Assembly: GCA_043763155.1 (NCBI GenBank)
Contig: JAYULW010000065.1
Location: forward strand, 216 to 64,215
From: Alphaproteobacteria bacterium
Lineage (GTDB): Bacteria > Pseudomonadota > Alphaproteobacteria > Rickettsiales > SXRF01
Length of the DNA stretch: 64,000 nucleotides
Direction of reading: 5' to 3'
Shown: positions 9,828 to 18,895 of the stretch, one piece after another
Layout: the number at the start of each line of letters is the position of its first letter
How positions within the stretch are numbered: position 1 is the first letter of the stretch
Position numbers and translations under genes: made by a program
Notes under the pieces: model-generated
Seen by the model: only the letters and a program-made list of their open reading frames with translations
What the model was told of the DNA's origin: nothing
The model's database searches: none

Positions 9828-11091
9828 GTTGGATTTGCTCGAAACGGCGGATATTATCATCGGAAAGCTGAACCTTCAGATGAATATAATCGCCCTCGAC
9901 GGTTTGTGCCATCACTTTACCGTGGGCATGGAGCCATGCGAGGTTTTTGCCGTCTTCAAGCCGCAGGGTGAACTCGGCCTTGGTGTAGAAGCGTTTTTCG
10001 ATTTCGGCGCTCACGCGGGCGAGGAGTTCGGGGATGCCTTCGCCGGTGACGGCGGAAATCATGAGGTTGCCTTTTTCCTGCAGGCCTTGCTTTTGCTCCG
10101 GCTCAAGGCGGTCAATTTTGTTGAAGACTTCCACCACATTGTCGGCAAGGTGGTTTACGCGCAGGAGGCTTTTCAGCACGTCTTCCACGTCGTCTTTTTG
10201 CGCGCCGGAGTCGGGGTGGGAGATGTCGCGGATGTGCAGCAATATGTCGGCTTCCAGCACTTCTTCCAGTGTGGCGCGGAAGGCGGCAACGAGCTGGGTG
10301 GGAAGGTCGGAGACGAACCCCACGGTGTCGGACAGGATGATTTTGCCGCCACCGGGCATGCTGAGCGAGCGCATGGTGGGGTCAAGGGTTGCGAAGAGCT
10401 TATCCATGGAAAGCACCCCTGCCCCGGTCAGTAAATTGAACAGGGTGGATTTTCCGGCGTTGGTGTAGCCCACGAGGGCGACCACGGGATAAGGCGTTTC
10501 GCGGCGGACTTTGCGGTGGAGTTCGCGGGTGCGGGTGACCTGCTCCAATTGTTTTTTGAGCTTGGCGATGCGGTCGCGGATGAGGCGACGGTCAATTTCG
10601 ATCTGGGATTCGCCGGGGCCGCCTAAGAAGCCGAAGCCGCCGCGCTGGCGCTCCAGATGCGTCCAGCTGCGGACAAGGCGGGATTTCTGATAATCTAATG
10701 CTGCGAGTTCGACCTGCAATTTGCCTTCGTGGGTGCGGGCGCGGGCACCGAAAATCTCTAGAATCAGGGCGGTGCGGTCAATGACCTTGCAGTTCCAGCC
10801 CTTCTCAAGGTTGCGCTGCTGCACGGGCGTCAGTTCGCTGTTTACGATGGCGAGCGTTGCTTCGGATTCGGCGATGATGGCGGCGATTTCTTCGACCTTG
10901 CCACTGCCCATCAGGGTTGAGGGGCGGGTTTGGGAAAGGGTGACGATGGCGGTTGCAACCACATTGAGGTCAATGGCGTGGGCGAGGCCGATGCCTTCTT
11001 CGAGGCATGCGTCGGGGTCGCGCGTTTGTTCGGCCGCGTGTTTTTTAAACACCGGGTGCAGAACAAAGACGCGTTGTGCGTTTTGCGCCAT
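9811..11091 (-). CDS. hflX: GTPase HflX
   Basis: G1 motif GYTNAGKSTLFN plus the HflX N-terminal domain, directly downstream of hfq. Confidence 0.9.
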   Translation of the reverse strand: MAQNAQRVFVLHPVFKKHAAEQTRDPDACLEEGIGLAHAIDLNVVATAIVTLSQTRPSTLMGSGKVEEIAAIIAESEATLAIVNSELTPVQQRNLEKGWNCKVIDRTALILEIFGARARTHEGKLQVELAALDYQKSRLVRSWTHLERQRGGFGFLGGPGESQIEIDRRLIRDRIAKLKKQLEQVTRTRELHRKVRRETPYPVVALVGYTNAGKSTLFNLLTGAGVLSMDKLFATLDPTMRSLSMPGGGKIILSDTVGFVSDLPTQLVAAFRATLEEVLEADILLHIRDISHPDSGAQKDDVEDVLKSLLRVNHLADNVVEVFNKIDRLEPEQKQGLQEKGNLMISAVTGEGIPELLARVSAEIEKRFYTKAEFTLRLEDGKNLAWLHAHGKVMAQTVEGDYIHLKVQLSDDNIRRFEQIQHAASQ

Positions 11092-11105
11092 CCTAACTTA
11101 GGGAA

Positions 11106-11387
11106 TTATTGCTCGGCAGCAACGGCCACCGGGTACGGGGCATGATCGGTCAGCCCGTCTTCCTCGTGCAGGGTTACGGGTGCGGAGGGAACCACAGTTG
11201 CGATGGTGTGCTTATACACCAGCTGAACCTGAGGGCCGCGGCGCAGCAGCACCGAGAAATTATCGAAGCCGGTGATGTTGCCTTGCAGCTTCACGCCGTT
11301 GGAGAGGAATACCGTTACAGGGATTTTTTTCTTACGCAGGGTATTTAAGAATACATCCTGAATGTTTTGGGATTTTTCGCCGGCCAT
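11106..11387 (-). CDS. hfq: RNA chaperone Hfq
   Basis: Sm1/Sm2 motifs [39 protein letters not shown] and YKHTI. Confidence 0.95.
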   Translation of the reverse strand: MAGEKSQNIQDVFLNTLRKKKIPVTVFLSNGVKLQGNITGFDNFSVLLRRGPQVQLVYKHTIATVVPSAPVTLHEEDGLTDHAPYPVAVAAEQ

Positions 11388-11435
11388 TTGGCCTCCTTTT
11401 TTTCTTATTTTAGGGTCGTTACTGCTTGGATCAGT

Positions 11436-12914
11436 CTATTTAAGGTAGCCCTTTACCTGCTTGCCCGCAACAATTTTTCCCACCGTCACAAATTCTTCAT
11501 GATTGTCGTCAATTTCGGCGAGTTTATAGTGGTAATTGACCATCAAACCCGCAGATTGCTTTAACCCTTTGGGGGATGTGTCGCCCAGCCAGTTCAGCCG
11601 CTCGCAGCGTGCGCCGTTGAACAGGTGGAAGCCCGCCACGGGGTCGAGGGGCTTGCCTTTTTTCTTCTCTTCCAACAGGTAATGCGCGCCGAGGCGCATC
11701 AGGATGGGCTTTAGCATCGCTACCGTGTCTTTGCCGTTCACCCAGTCGCCTTCCAGCAGCGAAAAGAGCGCTTCGGCGGCGTTTTTCTGCTTGGTGGCTT
11801 TCTTTAGCGCTGTGCGCTCTTCTTCGGTCAGGATGGCTTCGTCGCCCTTTTGCAGCAGGGGGTCGAGCCACATGCGGAAACCGGGGATGGGGGAAAGCGT
11901 TGCGAAGGTTTTGATATGCTTCATTTCTTCGGTGAGAACGCTTACCACGCGTTTGATAAGGAAATTGCCGAAACTGATGCCTGCGAGGCCCTTTTGGGCA
12001 TTGGTAATGGAGTAGAAAATGGCAGAATCGGCCTTTTCTTTGTCGAAAACGGGGGTTTCTTCGTCCAAAAGCGCCTGAATATTGTCGCTCATGCCCTCAA
12101 CAAGGGCTACATGGACGAAAATCAGGGGTTCGAGGGGCATTTTATTGTGGAAAAAGGCGAAAACGCGGCGGTCGGCGTCGAGGCGGTTTTTTAAGTCATC
12201 CCACGAACTGACACGGTGGACGGCTTCGTATTCGATGAGCTTTTCCAGCAAGGCTGCGGGGGAGTTCCAGGTGATTTCCTGCATGTCCAGAAGCCCTACG
12301 TCGAACCATGCGGAGAGGATGGATTTGAGGTCGAATTCGAGGCCTTTGAGCTTTGCGTCTTTGCCGATTAAGGGCAGCAGGTCGGAGCGCAGGTTGATGA
12401 GGAATTTGAAGCCGTCGGGCAGTGCGGTAAACTGGCGCAGGATGGTGTTGCGCGGGGTGACCAAGGCTTCGCGCAGGTCAAGCTCGATCTTCTGGCGGGC
12501 GTCGGCGGTGGCGGCCTCGTTGTAGGCTTTGGTGAGGGTAGCCATTTTCTTAGGGTCGAGGTCGAAATCGGTGGCGAGGAGCTTTAAGAAGCGCAGGCGC
12601 CCTGCTTCGTTCAGGTTCAGGTATGTGCGGCCAAGGGCTGCGGTGTGGCTGCGGGCGCTGACCTCGCCGCCGGGGGACTCGAAGCAGAGCTGCATCTGTT
12701 TTTTAAGCAAATCCATGTCTTGCTTGGGTAAAGACGGGTCGAGGTCGGTGCTGCCGATGGCGTGGCGGGCGGTGCCCTTGACCTCGCGCCAGGTGCGCAG
12801 GAGGCTTACCACCGTGCGGCGACGCAAGGATGTGAGCGAGGATTTTCTGGCGGGTGTGGACTCGGCTGGTTCGTTCATGTGTATTTTTATACTCATGTCC
12901 TTGTATTGCCGCAA
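11436..12914 (-). CDS. Malonyl-CoA decarboxylase family protein
   Basis: Motifs [24 protein letters not shown] and ATLSPIPGF. The start is uncertain within the first 13 codons. Confidence 0.75.
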   Translation of the reverse strand: MRQYKDMSIKIHMNEPAESTPARKSSLTSLRRRTVVSLLRTWREVKGTARHAIGSTDLDPSLPKQDMDLLKKQMQLCFESPGGEVSARSHTAALGRTYLNLNEAGRLRFLKLLATDFDLDPKKMATLTKAYNEAATADARQKIELDLREALVTPRNTILRQFTALPDGFKFLINLRSDLLPLIGKDAKLKGLEFDLKSILSAWFDVGLLDMQEITWNSPAALLEKLIEYEAVHRVSSWDDLKNRLDADRRVFAFFHNKMPLEPLIFVHVALVEGMSDNIQALLDEETPVFDKEKADSAIFYSITNAQKGLAGISFGNFLIKRVVSVLTEEMKHIKTFATLSPIPGFRMWLDPLLQKGDEAILTEEERTALKKATKQKNAAEALFSLLEGDWVNGKDTVAMLKPILMRLGAHYLLEEKKKGKPLDPVAGFHLFNGARCERLNWLGDTSPKGLKQSAGLMVNYHYKLAEIDDNHEEFVTVGKIVAGKQVKGYLK

Positions 12915-12956
12915 GAGTTGTTATATGGCTGTGCAGAATTCGTTTTGGAGCGTTTT

Positions 12957-14165
12957 ATGAGCAATAAAATTAAGAAAGTCGTCCTCGCCTATTCTGGCGG
13001 GTTGGATACGTCCATTATCCTGCGCTGGTTGCGCGAAACCTACGATTGTGAGGTGGTGACGTTCACGGCTGATTTGGGCCAAGGCGAAGAGCTGGAACCC
13101 GCACGCAAAAAAGCCGAGATGATGGGCGTGAAAGAAATTTTCGTGGAAGATTTGCGCGAAGAATTCGTGCGCGATTTCGTGTTCCCGATGTTCCGCGCCA
13201 ATACGGTGTATGAAGGCGTTTACCTGCTGGGCACTTCCATTGCACGGCCGCTGATTGCCAAGCGCCAGATTGAAATTGCTATCCAGACGGGTGCGGATGC
13301 GGTGTCGCATGGCGCAACCGGCAAGGGTAATGACCAGGTGCGTTTTGAACTGGGGTATTATGGTTTGAAGCCGGACATTAAAGTCATTGCGCCGTGGCGC
13401 GAGTGGGATTTGACCAGCCGCACCAAGCTGATCGAATATGCTGAGAAGCACCAGATCCCCATCGCCAAGGATAAGCGCGGTGAAGCCCCCTACTCTACCG
13501 ATGCGAATCTTTTGCATATTTCCTATGAAGGTAAGGTGCTGGAAGACCCGTGGGTGGCGCCGCATGAAGACATGTTCACGCGCTCGGTTGCACCTGAAAA
13601 AGCGCCGGATGAGCCGACGTTCATTGAGGTTGAGTTTGAGCGCGGTGACGCAGTTGCGGTGGATGGCAAAAAGATGTCGCCCGCGACGTTGCTTACTTAC
13701 CTGAACAAGGTGGGTGGTGAGAATGGTATTGGCCGCCTTGATCTGGTGGAAAACCGTTATGTGGGTATGAAGAGCCGTGGGATTTATGAAACGCCGGGTG
13801 GCACCGTGCTGCTGGCGGCGCATCGCGGGATTGAATCGCTGACGCTGGACCGTGGCGCGGGGCATTTGAAAGATGAGCTGATGCCGCGTTATGCTGAGCT
13901 GATTTATAATGGCTACTGGTGGTCGCCGGAGCGTGAAATGTTGCAGGCGCTGATTGATAAGTCACAGGCGAATGTGACGGGTACGGTGAAGCTGAAGCTG
14001 TTCAAGGGTTCTGTTTCCGTGGTTGGGCGCAAGTCGGTGTTCAGCCTTTACAGCGAGAAGCATGTAACGTTTGAAGACGATGCGGGCGCGTATGACCAGA
14101 AAGACGCAGCGGGCTTTATTAAGCTCAATGCGCTTCGTTTGCGGTTACTGAAGAACCGGGGATAA
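12957..14165 (+). CDS. argG: Argininosuccinate synthase
   Basis: I chose ATG 12957 ([19 protein letters not shown]). The upstream part of the 467-aa ORF overlaps the divergent gene. Confidence 0.95.
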   Translation: MSNKIKKVVLAYSGGLDTSIILRWLRETYDCEVVTFTADLGQGEELEPARKKAEMMGVKEIFVEDLREEFVRDFVFPMFRANTVYEGVYLLGTSIARPLIAKRQIEIAIQTGADAVSHGATGKGNDQVRFELGYYGLKPDIKVIAPWREWDLTSRTKLIEYAEKHQIPIAKDKRGEAPYSTDANLLHISYEGKVLEDPWVAPHEDMFTRSVAPEKAPDEPTFIEVEFERGDAVAVDGKKMSPATLLTYLNKVGGENGIGRLDLVENRYVGMKSRGIYETPGGTVLLAAHRGIESLTLDRGAGHLKDELMPRYAELIYNGYWWSPEREMLQALIDKSQANVTGTVKLKLFKGSVSVVGRKSVFSLYSEKHVTFEDDAGAYDQKDAAGFIKLNALRLRLLKNRG

Positions 14166-14168
14166 TTT

Positions 14169-15026
14169 ATGCCCAATACCCGCAGGGGCTACCTCGACGC
14201 GTTGTGCGTGGTGTTCATCTGGTCGGGTTTTGTGCTGATCTCGCGCATTGGCGGCAAGAGTGCGCTGCTTTCCTATGACGTTGTGGCGTTGCGGTTTGGC
14301 GTGGCTTCTTTGTGCCTGATGCCTTATTGGATTTTGCGCAATAAGGTGAATATCCTCACTCCCAAAATGATTACGCTGGGGCTGATTGGCGGCATTGGCT
14401 ATTGTTTGTTTGTGTATTTTGCATTTCGTAATGCGCCGGCGGCGCATGCGGGTATTTTGCTGCCGGGGCTGATGCCGTTTGAGGCGACGATTTTTAGCTG
14501 GTTGTTGCTGGGTGAGAAGCCTTCGCGGGTGCGGTTGATTGGGCTGGGGGTGATTGCGCTGGGCGTTGTAAGCCTTGCGGTTGAGAATATGCATAATGGG
14601 TTTACGACCGTGGTGGGGGATGCGTCGTTTGTGGCGGCGGGGTGCCTATGGGCGCTGTATGCGATATTGGTGAGGAAATGGGGCGTGGCACCGTGGGATG
14701 CGACGATTGCCTGCGCGGTGGTGAGCGCGATGCTGTATTTGCCGGTGTATTTTTTGTTTTTGCCGAAGGCCATGTCGCTTGCGCCGTGGGGCACTATTGC
14801 GTTGCAGGCGTTTTACCAAGGGTTTTTGGCGATGGTGGTGGGCATGATTTTTTATATGCGGGCCATGAAGGCTTTGGGGCCAACACGGGTGGGGCTTTGC
14901 ATGGCGCTGATACCGGCGCTGGCGGGGGTTGCTGCGGTGCCGCTGCTGGGCGAGCCGCTGAGTGCGCTGGTGGTGCTGGGGCTGGCTTTGACGCTTACGG
15001 GCGCATGGGTTGGGAGCAAGGGATGA
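14169..15026 (+). CDS. EamA/DMT-family inner-membrane transporter
   Basis: About 10 predicted TM helices in a duplicated EamA-like layout. The stop overlaps the next gene's start (ATGA). Confidence 0.8.
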   Translation: MPNTRRGYLDALCVVFIWSGFVLISRIGGKSALLSYDVVALRFGVASLCLMPYWILRNKVNILTPKMITLGLIGGIGYCLFVYFAFRNAPAAHAGILLPGLMPFEATIFSWLLLGEKPSRVRLIGLGVIALGVVSLAVENMHNGFTTVVGDASFVAAGCLWALYAILVRKWGVAPWDATIACAVVSAMLYLPVYFLFLPKAMSLAPWGTIALQAFYQGFLAMVVGMIFYMRAMKALGPTRVGLCMALIPALAGVAAVPLLGEPLSALVVLGLALTLTGAWVGSKG

Positions 15027-15763
15027 AAAAACTTTTTTCAGGGCTTTTATGTGTGGCCATTTCCCAGCCGGTTTGGGCGGCGGGGGTTGCGGGGATTGGC
15101 AACGCCACGGTGAATAAGAACCAGCTGACGCTACAGGTGCGCGACGTGTATGGCACGGACGGCGACGGGCGCAACCTTGATAAGCGCTGGCGGCAACGCG
15201 CCATGGCCGATTATGGATTTACCGATGATTTTGCGAGCGGGCTGTATGTGCAGGCCGACCGGCGCGACGACAAAAACGTGGAGCTGGAGGCGCTGATTTC
15301 AGACAGCCGCGTAGAGCTTACGAATGTGAAAGACGACGGGTATTACAGCGGATTCCGGGTGCGCTACACCTACCGCGACGCGGATAAGAAACCAGATAAT
15401 TTGCATGTGCGCGCTATTGCGGGGATTCCGGTGGAGGCATGGGAATTCCGGGTGAACCAGATATTTTATACCGATGTAGGGCCGGACTCACGCGCAGGGC
15501 TGGGGCTGGATAACCGCGTGCAAATCAGTTACGGCTACCACCCCGACCACCGGGTGGGGCTGGAGAGCTTTCTGGATACCGGGAATTTGCGTAGCTATGA
15601 CGATTACAACCATACCAGCCATGATATGGGCATTGTGTTTACCGGTAAGTTCAGCAAGCGCTGGAGCTATGAGGCGGGGTATGCGCGGGGCATTACCACC
15701 TCGGCGCCAGACCATACGATTAAGCTGTTTATTATTTGTACCTTACCGGATTTGATCGGCTAG
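15023..15763 (+). CDS. Secreted protein, probable small outer-membrane beta-barrel
   Basis: I chose ATG 15023, which gives the signal peptide MKKLFSGLLCVAISQPVWAAG. Alternating amphipathic strands include YSGFRVRYTYRD, VQISYGYHPD and RWSYEAGYARG. A beta-signal-like HTIKLF lies 12 aa before the stop. Confidence 0.5.
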   Translation: MKKLFSGLLCVAISQPVWAAGVAGIGNATVNKNQLTLQVRDVYGTDGDGRNLDKRWRQRAMADYGFTDDFASGLYVQADRRDDKNVELEALISDSRVELTNVKDDGYYSGFRVRYTYRDADKKPDNLHVRAIAGIPVEAWEFRVNQIFYTDVGPDSRAGLGLDNRVQISYGYHPDHRVGLESFLDTGNLRSYDDYNHTSHDMGIVFTGKFSKRWSYEAGYARGITTSAPDHTIKLFIICTLPDLIG

Positions 15764-17283
15764 GCGCGGGTTTGGGGCGCAACCGCGTAGGCGTTTTCAA
15801 CCATCGTAGTCAGGAAATTTTTTGAGCGTTTGATGTCTGCGGTGGCGATGGGCGCGGCAAGTTTTGCAGGCGCGTTGTGCGGCAGGCTCATGTCCATGCC
15901 TTCGCTGTAGGCTTTGGCCACGTAATGCAGCACTTCCGGCGGCGGCTTATAGTCGGGATATTTGTCGATAAGCGCGTTCATTTTATCGGCCACGGCCTTG
16001 AGCTCGGGCGGTGTGAGTTTTTCCTCGCGGAGCACGGCCATAAGCACGGCCATGCGGGTGGGGTCGTCGCGGAAGTCCACGTTATGGGCGCGGAAGAACA
16101 GGTGCATTTCCTTGTGCTCGGGCAGCAGCTGGTCAACGCCGGTCTGGGTTTTCAGGTATTCGGCGGCTTCGTAATAGGGTTGCAGCTCGGGGTCTTTGCG
16201 CCAGTGTTTTTGCAGCTGCACCATGCGGTGCGGGCCAATGGGCTCGAAGGTGCCCCAATCAAGTAAGTACGGCAGGCGCACATGCGTGCCGTCGGGCTTG
16301 TTATATTCTAAAATGCCCACATTGTCGGGCTTGATTTCGTTGCCCTGGTCGCCGTACAGCACGCGCAGGCCGCTGCGCTCGGCGATGTCGCGCAGCTTGG
16401 TGATGTCTTCGGAGCGCACTTTTTTCATGTCGAGGAAGGGCATGACACGCACCAGCATTTCGTCGCGGTTACCTTTAGCGAGCGTGTGGGCCTTGGGCGG
16501 AAGCATGGTGGGGTGGGGAATGTAATGATGGTTCGGTGTGCTCACCGTAATGAGCTGCTGGCGGTTTTGTTCGTCCGGCGTGGTGGCAAAGGCGATGCAG
16601 TGGGTGCCCTTGCCTTCGTAGGAAAGCCTGTTGAAGCCATAATCCTGGATGGTGGTGACGATGGCACGCGCTAAGCTTCCGGCCTCGCCGTGGCTGTCGT
16701 CGGCGCGCACCGCATCGACCGAATTGGTGCGGAAGGAATTGAACTTGTTGCGCTCCAGCAGGGGATTTGTGGGGTTTTTATAATAATCGCACAGCTTGCT
16801 GACGTCGAAAAATTTGCCGCCTTGCGCTTTGTTTGCGGCAAGGTTTGAAAAATAATGCGCATGGCGGCTGTGGCCGCTGTCTTTGGCACTGTCGAGGGCG
16901 TGGTCGAGCAGCACGGCGGGGTCGTAATAGCTTTTGAAGCGCTTTTGCAGGTCGGCATCGGGCGAGTCGTTTAGCGCCTGCATGACGGTGTTGAAATCGC
17001 CAATCCACATGCTACCGACGCGTTTGAAGGTGCCCGCGCCCACAAGCTCGGGGAGCCTTTCGTTCACCTGCGTTGAGGCTTCGGGCTGCTGCTGGTAGCT
17101 GCGGTAGGGCGGGTGGCGGATGGTGAAGCTGGCGCGGCTTAAATCTTTGTCGCCGGGTGGCGAATAAAACGCCACATTCATGTTCAGCTCCATGTCCCAG
17201 AATTTATGCGTCATCACGGTGGCAATGTCATTGCCGAGGTGGTGGAGGGTGTTGGAGTCTTTGATGGGCAGCAGTTTTGTCAT
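15760..17283 (-). CDS. Hypothetical cytosolic protein (507 aa) with protein-kinase-like motifs
   Basis: No signal peptide or TM helix. The motif string is YEGKGTHCIAF ... EIKPDNVGIL ... LLDWGTF (see findings). Confidence 0.6.
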   Translation of the reverse strand: MTKLLPIKDSNTLHHLGNDIATVMTHKFWDMELNMNVAFYSPPGDKDLSRASFTIRHPPYRSYQQQPEASTQVNERLPELVGAGTFKRVGSMWIGDFNTVMQALNDSPDADLQKRFKSYYDPAVLLDHALDSAKDSGHSRHAHYFSNLAANKAQGGKFFDVSKLCDYYKNPTNPLLERNKFNSFRTNSVDAVRADDSHGEAGSLARAIVTTIQDYGFNRLSYEGKGTHCIAFATTPDEQNRQQLITVSTPNHHYIPHPTMLPPKAHTLAKGNRDEMLVRVMPFLDMKKVRSEDITKLRDIAERSGLRVLYGDQGNEIKPDNVGILEYNKPDGTHVRLPYLLDWGTFEPIGPHRMVQLQKHWRKDPELQPYYEAAEYLKTQTGVDQLLPEHKEMHLFFRAHNVDFRDDPTRMAVLMAVLREEKLTPPELKAVADKMNALIDKYPDYKPPPEVLHYVAKAYSEGMDMSLPHNAPAKLAAPIATADIKRSKNFLTTMVENAYAVAPQTRA

Positions 17284-17371
17284 GTATTACGCGCGGGTTG
17301 TTAAGCCTACATGATAGCGCGCAAGGGCTAATTATTGATTAATTTTAACCAATTGGGGCGGTTTTTTGGCA

Positions 17372-17410
17372 TAAAAAAAGGCCGCTGAGGTTGCCCCCAG
17401 CGGCCATTTT
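17372..17410 (-). terminator. Rho-independent terminator downstream of amtB
   Basis: Stem GGCCGCTG (17380-17387) pairs with CAGCGGCC (17398-17405) around a 10-nt loop. A run of 8 T follows on the minus strand, and the plus-strand side is also T-rich. Confidence 0.8.
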
Positions 17411-17427
17411 TCCTAGGTTTTTCGCGG

Positions 17428-18774
17428 CTAGTGGAGTTTTTCGCCGTGAATTGCGAGGTCGAGGCCCGCATGTTCGGTGGCTTCATCCACGCGCAGGCCC
17501 ACGATCACATCAATGAACTTCAAGATGAGGTAGGACATGATTGCGCCGTAAACGATGGTGACTGTCACGCCTTCGCACTGGGCGAGGAACTGCGTGAGGC
17601 TGCCGTCGGTGCCGCCGATTTCCTTCACTGCGAAGATGCCCGTGAGCAATGCGCCCACGATGCCGCCCACGCAATGCACGCCGAACACGTCGAGCGAATC
17701 GTCGAAGCCGAACTTGAACTTCAGGCCACATGCCCAGAAGCACACCACACCGGAGAAGATGCCGATGAACATGGCACCGCCGACGCCAACGAAGCCCGAA
17801 GCCGGGGTGATGGCGACGAGGCCCGCAACCGCACCGGAGATGATGCCGATGACGCTTGGCTTGCCACGGGTGATCCATTCAACACTCATCCACGAAAGCG
17901 ACGCGAGGGCAGCGGCGATGTGGGTGACGAGCATGGCCATACCGGCGTTGCCGTTGGCTGCGACCGCAGAACCCGCATTGAAGCCGAACCAGCCTACCCA
18001 GAGGAGGGATGCGCCGATGACGCTCAGTACGATGTTATACGGGGGCGCCATTTCATTCACACCGAAACCTTTGCGCTTGCCCAGCATGAGTGCCGCCATG
18101 AGGCCTGCGATACCTGCGTTGATATGCACGACCGTGCCGCCAGCATAATCAAGCGTGGTGCCGAAGCCAAAGAGGCCCTTATAGTCGGTGAGGCCCACGC
18201 CGCCCAGCATGCCGCCGGGACCCCATACCCAATGCGCTACCGGCACATACACAAGTGCGAACCAGATGGCGATGAAGAGGATGGTGGCGGAAAAATGGAT
18301 ACGGGTTGCGACCGAGCCGAAGATCAGGGCGCAGGTGATGATGCCGAAGGTGGCCTGGAACATGATGAACACGGTTTCAGGGATGAGTGCAGGCGCGGTG
18401 CCGCTGGTGCTGGCGATGCCTACGCCGCCGAGCATCATTTTGGTCAGGCCGCCTACGAAACCGGAGCCGTCGGTGAAGATCATGGAGTAGCCGAAGATAA
18501 CCCACAGGAGTGTAACCAGCGTGGTGGCCACGAAGCTTTGCATCAGGGTTGCGAGCACGCTTTCCTTATGTACCATGCCGCCGTAGAACAGCGCGAGGCC
18601 GGGCAGCGTCATCATGAGTACAAGGAGGGTGGAAACCAGCATCCACGCGGTGGAGCCGGTGTCTATGGCGGGAGCCGCAGCGGGGGCCGTTTGCGCGAAG
18701 GCCGCATCTTGCGTCAGGAAGTATGCGAGGGCAAAAAGGCCCAGCATACATAGCATATGGGTGATTTTATTCAC
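17428..18774 (-). CDS. amtB: Ammonium transporter
   Basis: Signature DYAGGTVVHINAGIAGL, about 11 TM helices and an N-terminal signal peptide. The ORF starts at GTG 18774, and an in-frame ATG 6 codons downstream is an alternative. Confidence 0.9.
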   Translation of the reverse strand: MNKITHMLCMLGLFALAYFLTQDAAFAQTAPAAAPAIDTGSTAWMLVSTLLVLMMTLPGLALFYGGMVHKESVLATLMQSFVATTLVTLLWVIFGYSMIFTDGSGFVGGLTKMMLGGVGIASTSGTAPALIPETVFIMFQATFGIITCALIFGSVATRIHFSATILFIAIWFALVYVPVAHWVWGPGGMLGGVGLTDYKGLFGFGTTLDYAGGTVVHINAGIAGLMAALMLGKRKGFGVNEMAPPYNIVLSVIGASLLWVGWFGFNAGSAVAANGNAGMAMLVTHIAAALASLSWMSVEWITRGKPSVIGIISGAVAGLVAITPASGFVGVGGAMFIGIFSGVVCFWACGLKFKFGFDDSLDVFGVHCVGGIVGALLTGIFAVKEIGGTDGSLTQFLAQCEGVTVTIVYGAIMSYLILKFIDVIVGLRVDEATEHAGLDLAIHGEKLH

Positions 18775-18829
18775 GACAGTATCCCTAGGTAATTAACGTT
18801 AAATCCACAACATCCGGCGATTTTATTAC

Positions 18830-18883
18830 TTTTTTTATTGTCGTGTAACGTACCTGCGAGGGTCTTATTTTTTTATTGTCATG
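18830..18883. repeat. Two 16-nt direct repeats TTTTTTTATTGTC(G/A)TG in the amtB upstream region
   Basis: Copies at 18830-18845 and 18868-18883 match at 15 of 16 positions and sit 38 nt apart. The core TATTGTCATG recurs in the palindrome at 50012-50039. Confidence 0.6.
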
Positions 18884-18895
18884 CTTAAGCAAAAT

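Noticed and set aside
17431-18753. A 440-aa ORF antisense to amtB. Similar shadow ORFs lie at 38626..39705 (antisense to ispDF), 91..894, 5624..6361, 12921..13865, 26638..27453, 23302..23940 and 24577..25179.
   Set aside because: All are mirror-frame ORFs within confidently identified genes. Their composition is not protein-like, and they have no independent start or RBS context.
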